From: Acidobacteriota bacterium
Lineage (GTDB): Bacteria; Acidobacteriota; UBA890; WLXD01
Direction of reading: 5' to 3'
Assembly (NCBI GenBank): GCA_965205505.1
Contig: CBDBHB010000009.1
Location: 416,001-480,000, forward strand
DNA length: 64,000 nucleotides
Shown: in pieces, positions 60,205 to 64,000 of the stretch
How the letters are laid out: each line of letters begins with the position of its first letter
How positions within the stretch are numbered: the first letter of the stretch is position 1
The notes under the pieces: model-generated
What the model saw: only the letters and a program-made list of their open reading frames with translations
What the model was told of the DNA's origin: nothing
Database searches by the model: none
Position numbers and translations under genes: made by a program

Positions 60205-61892
60205 GATTCCCTCGATGCGGAATCTAGCCCGGGAAGGCGCGCCCATTCCATGTCACCGGAAAGCAGCTCGGCGATCTCTGCGTGTCCTGCCCGAAGTGCC
60301 CGTGCGAGCGGCTGCGCCCACGGCTGCTCGCTGGGCAGGGTCAGGTCGGCGCCATTTTCGAGTAGTAGCCTTGCCATATCTGTCTTGCCACAGCGCGCCG
60401 CGGTGCCCAGCGGCGTCCCGCTGTGCATGAGCTCGATCGCATCGATGGGTGCGCCTCGCTGCATCTCGGCGCGGGCAATCTCGGTGCTCCCGAATCGGGC
60501 GCAGTAGTGCAGTAGGTTGGCGCCACGCCAGTCGCCGCGAGCAATGTCGAATCCGTGCTCGATGAGTCGGTCGAGGGCCGGTTGCGTCGCCACCATCGCC
60601 GGTGCACCGGGCCTGAAGATCCAAGCGTCGAGCGACGCCGGCACGTCGGGCGAACGTTCGATCAGCAAGTCCAGGAGATGGAGGTCGTCCTTCTCGAGCA
60701 CGTCGGTCCACAGGGTCTCTTCATCGTCAAAGCGACGATTGCTCCGCACCGCCTCACGGAGCTCATCGGCAGACATCTGCCAGCTCGCCGGCTCCGCGCC
60801 ATGCTCGTGCAGCAGCGCCTGCATCTCCGCGCACTGTTCGGGATGTCTGCTGGCGACGATGTACAGACAGTTTCCCGATGAGTCGACCGCAGCATTCGGG
60901 TCGGCGCACGCATCGAGCAGCATGCGTGCCTGATCCAGGTTGTTCTGCGCCGCAGCCTCGTAGAGGGCACGACCGCGCGGAGCTTCGCTCTCCGGCTTGT
61001 TGGGATCGGCGTCAAACGCGAGCAGAAGCTCCGTCGTCTCCGGCTGCGCACCGAGCGATGCGTAGTACAGAGGGCTGTAGCGCGCGCTGTCGAGGGTGCG
61101 CGCCGCGTCCGGGTGCTCGGCCAAGGTGCGGCGTATCGCTTTGTCATCGCCGGCCTGGACCGCGAGTCCGAAGGGTCGCGCGGCGCCGGCATCGAACAGG
61201 GCGGTGATCATTTCCTGTGGCGTGCGGCGACGCTCCGCCGGCACATCTCGCCACCAGCGAAAATCGTAGTCACCGTGGAGCGCCAGCAGTACGGCCGATT
61301 TCCCGTCGGCGCGCTTCGCATCTAGATCGGCGCCTCGCGCCGCCAGCTCGCCGATCAGGCTCGGCTGGTGCGCCAGCGCCGCCCAGTGGACCGCGGTATT
61401 CCCTGATCCGTCGCTGGCGGCGAGCAGGTCGGGGTGGTCGGCGAGTATTTGCAAGACCCGATCCGCATCGTAAGCACGGATCGCCCCGGCGAGACTGGCG
61501 AACGCCGCCGAATACCCGAACCGATGCGACATCTCGGCGCGCAGTAGATCTGTTATCTCGGTCAGATCTCGGAGCTCGGCGATCGCCAGCAGCTCACCCC
61601 ATTCGCCGCCACCATAACAACTCGTGGTGGGGTTGCCCTGCTCCAGCAAGGCGCGAACGACCCCGATGTGTCCCTCGCGCACCGCGAAGTGCATCGGCAT
61701 CTGGTACCAGTACTGGACGTTCGCCAAGTTGGAGTCGTCGTCGAGCAGCGACCTGACCAGCGCATCGTCGCCATCGACGCAGGCGCAGATCAGCCGCCAG
61801 GCGGCATTGCCGTCGACGATGGCCAACCCCATGCCGATGTAGCGCTCGCTGCGCATCGCCAGCGGTTGCGACATCATTGCGGAGCGCTTCAT
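60201..61892 (-). CDS. Ankyrin repeat protein
   Basis: [44 protein letters not shown] repeats. Confidence 0.9.
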   Translation of the reverse strand: MKRSAMMSQPLAMRSERYIGMGLAIVDGNAAWRLICACVDGDDALVRSLLDDDSNLANVQYWYQMPMHFAVREGHIGVVRALLEQGNPTTSCYGGGEWGELLAIAELRDLTEITDLLRAEMSHRFGYSAAFASLAGAIRAYDADRVLQILADHPDLLAASDGSGNTAVHWAALAHQPSLIGELAARGADLDAKRADGKSAVLLALHGDYDFRWWRDVPAERRRTPQEMITALFDAGAARPFGLAVQAGDDKAIRRTLAEHPDAARTLDSARYSPLYYASLGAQPETTELLLAFDADPNKPESEAPRGRALYEAAAQNNLDQARMLLDACADPNAAVDSSGNCLYIVASRHPEQCAEMQALLHEHGAEPASWQMSADELREAVRSNRRFDDEETLWTDVLEKDDLHLLDLLIERSPDVPASLDAWIFRPGAPAMVATQPALDRLIEHGFDIARGDWRGANLLHYCARFGSTEIARAEMQRGAPIDAIELMHSGTPLGTAARCGKTDMARLLLENGADLTLPSEQPWAQPLARALRAGHAEIAELLSGDMEWARLPGLDSASRES

Positions 61893-61989
61893 GCTTCCGA
61901 TTCAGTGCGCCGCACCGTCTCCCTCGACCTCTCGCCGTCCAGGGTGCACGAGGCGACAACGATGAGGGCGAGCGAACCCCATGTTCTTC

Positions 61990-62520
61990 TCATATCCCGA
62001 CAACCTCGCTGCGGCGCTCGAGCAGCACGACGTCGCGCCACTGTTGTCTCAGCTCTCCCAACCGATACCTCGTGCCTACCCGTCGAAATCCACACGCCTC
62101 GTGTAGGCGTAGGCTGGCGTCGTTCTCCGGAAAGACGCCGGCCTGCAATGTCCATACGCCGGCTCGCTCGGAGGCTTCGATGAGGGCATGAAGCAACCTC
62201 GATCCGATGCTGTGCCCCGGCGCCGCTGCGGACACATAGACGCTCACCTCAGCAACGCCGCGGTACACCGGCCGCTCGGACACACGGCTCAGCGCGGCCC
62301 AACCGATCACGCGATGGTCGGTGCGTGCCACCAGCCGGCAGGCTTGCAGATGAGCTCGGTCCCAGTCGGGCTCGGACGGAACATCCGTCTCGAACGTCGC
62401 GTCGCCCGTGGCGATGCCTTCGCCGTATATCTCGCGCACAGCCCCCCAATCAGCCGGCGACATCACCTCGATCGATAACGCCGCCGGCTCGCCCCGTGAG
62501 ACACGCGTCTCGCTCATCAC
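61990..62520 (-). CDS. GNAT N-acetyltransferase (phosphinothricin acetyltransferase-like)
   Basis: IYGEGIATGDATFET, YRGVAEVSVYV, WTLQAGVFPENDASLRLH, WRDVVLLERRS. Confidence 0.9.
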   Translation of the reverse strand: MMSETRVSRGEPAALSIEVMSPADWGAVREIYGEGIATGDATFETDVPSEPDWDRAHLQACRLVARTDHRVIGWAALSRVSERPVYRGVAEVSVYVSAAAPGHSIGSRLLHALIEASERAGVWTLQAGVFPENDASLRLHEACGFRRVGTRYRLGELRQQWRDVVLLERRSEVVGI

Positions 62521-62557
62521 CTGACCACCCCGACGGGCACCAACGCTCCCTCTGCTT

Positions 62558-62873
62558 TCACGCCGACCCGTTCTGACGCTCCCTCAGATACAGGTATCCG
62601 GGCAGCGCGCAGGAGAGGCCAATCAGCAGGTTTACGAGGATGTAGGGAATCGGATTCGGGCCTTTCCCTCGTTGCTGCTGCTTGAACATGAAAACCCAGA
62701 ACACCGCGGAAGTGATGAGCAGATCGGCGGAGAATCCACCGGCGGCGCCGTTCGCAAAAAGAGCGGCGATGAAGTTCGGAAGGGCGACACCCTGGGTCGA
62801 GAAAAACTGGAAGAAAGAAGTAAAAGGGGATCACCGCTCCGGCGATCGCGAAGGCCAGGTACAAGGTTCTCAC
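62558..62873 (-). CDS. DUF2834-like membrane protein, +1 frameshift near 62815
   Basis: LYLAFAIAGAVIPF, then in the shifted frame LFANGAAGGFSADLLIT...IGLSCALPGYLYLRE. Confidence 0.75.
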
Positions 62874-62978
62874 TTCAAACTCCTTGGCGTTCTGTCGTCT
62901 GGTTGCTCATCGGCCGCGCACGCCACTCCGGCGATCAGCAGGGCGGGCGCCAGACCGACCCTGAGGCACCGCATGCGG

Positions 62979-63452
62979 TCAGAACGTCGCACAGACATGG
63001 GTCTCCTCCCACAAGACGGATCGGTGGTTGAAGCGCTGCTTGATCTCCGCGATGACTACATCCACCGCCTCGACGAACGAATCGCGCTCGGCTAATGGGT
63101 GCAGGATCACGATCATGCGGCCAGCGCTGGTGCCGCTGCCGCCGGCGCCCCGCTGCCACCAGCCCCGTGTTTCGAGCACCGTCGCGCCGCCGGGGAAGCG
63201 GCGGGTGAGTACCTCGTTCACAAGCTGGTCCCAGCGCGCATCTGCGGCTACGTCGGTGTTGCGGCCACTCATGTACAGCGCCGCCCGGAGGTAGGGCTCG
63301 AGCGGTGCGGGGCATGTGAAGGGTGGTGTGTCGGCCGGTAGGCTTCGCGGTGGTGTGCTGGCGCAGGCGGCGAGTAGGGGGGCGATCGTCATGAGCGCCG
63401 CCAGGCGCATTCGTCTGGACGCCGTCGCTCGACGCTCGCAGCCGCGCATCAT
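62979..63452 (-). CDS. DUF3574-like lipoprotein
   Basis: LAAC lipobox; W..LVNEVLTRRFPGGATVL..RGWW, KQRFNHRSVL, CATF. Confidence 0.75.
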   Translation of the reverse strand: MMRGCERRATASRRMRLAALMTIAPLLAACASTPPRSLPADTPPFTCPAPLEPYLRAALYMSGRNTDVAADARWDQLVNEVLTRRFPGGATVLETRGWWQRGAGGSGTSAGRMIVILHPLAERDSFVEAVDVVIAEIKQRFNHRSVLWEETHVCATF

Positions 63453-63486
63453 TGTGGTGCTTCGTGGCGTCGGCGCTGTCGGGGGC

Positions 63487-64000
63487 TCAGGCGCGCCATC
63501 GAGTCTCGCCTCCCACCACGGTCCGCACCACGGCGATCTCCTTAATGCCGTCCGGGTCGACGTCGTGCGGGTCGGCGCCGAGCACTACGAAATCGGCCAG
63601 CTTGCCGGTGCTGATCGAACCCTTGAGGCTCTCCTCGAACGAGGCGTAAGCACCGTGCATTGTGCAGATCTTCAGCGCCTGGTCGACGCTGATGCGCTGA
63701 CTCGGTCCCCAGACACGGCCGTCGTAGTCCTTGCGCGTCACCATGCTCTGGATCGCCATGAGCGGCTCGAACGGGCCGGGGGTCCAGTCGGACGCCGGCG
63801 CCACCGGAATGTCGTACTCCAGGAACGAGCGGTGGGCGAACATCCACTCCATCTTCTCTTGCCCATACTCGACCCACTTGTGGCCGTGGAAGTGGGCGTA
63901 GGTGTAGAAGGGGGCGGGGATGACGCCGCCGTCCTTGATGCGCTGCAGTAGATCGGGGTTCACCAGCGAGCAGTGCTCGATGCGATGCCGTGTATCGTCA
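63487..64000 (-). CDS. Amidohydrolase 3 family protein (C-terminal part; starts beyond window)
   Basis: RHRIEHCS, ASDW, GAYASFEE..KGSISTGKLADFVVL, TVVGG. Confidence 0.9.
   Translation of the reverse strand, partial: DDTRHRIEHCSLVNPDLLQRIKDGGVIPAPFYTYAHFHGHKWVEYGQEKMEWMFAHRSFLEYDIPVAPASDWTPGPFEPLMAIQSMVTRKDYDGRVWGPSQRISVDQALKICTMHGAYASFEESLKGSISTGKLADFVVLGADPHDVDPDGIKEIAVVRTVVGGETRWRA

Noticed and set aside
57822-62520. Antibiotic resistance genes (beta-lactamase, phosphinothricin acetyltransferase)
   Set aside because: Only family-level similarity; these families mostly comprise esterases/amidases and general acetyltransferases.

Overview
GC-rich (roughly two-thirds G+C by eye) bacterial chromosomal DNA. 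The gene content suggests a heterotroph such as an Acidobacteriota member (inference only). Most of the window is metabolic: korAB, a class III aminotransferase, two DUF885 proteins, SSS/MFS/TRAP transporters, PQQ-dependent dehydrogenases with a cytochrome c fusion, several exported peptidases and amidohydrolases, SDRs, an ankyrin protein and a GNAT. No rRNA, tRNA, CRISPR array, integrase or intact transposase was seen. Three accessory tracts stand out. (1) 31.9-37 kb: a 130-bp IS6-like MITE, fragments of a surface-glycan locus, and a three-gene RiPP-like cassette (HPr-kinase-like kinase, a PqqD/RRE protein fused to an internal twin-arginine-like leader plus an 8-Cys peptide, and a nucleotidyltransferase). 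(2) 46.8-55.9 kb: an array of about 11 small unrelated minus-strand cargo genes separated by at least six families of short co-oriented repeats, two of which contain a ~100-nt rod-like hairpin behind a conserved -10-like box. It looks like a cassette array without attC sites or an integrase. (3) 10.2-13.3 kb: two transporters and a collapsed higBA module between 31-bp direct repeats resembling IS ends. At least seven genes carry 1-2 base indels, mostly in homopolymers, which suggests long-read consensus errors, so frameshift-based pseudogene calls are provisional.
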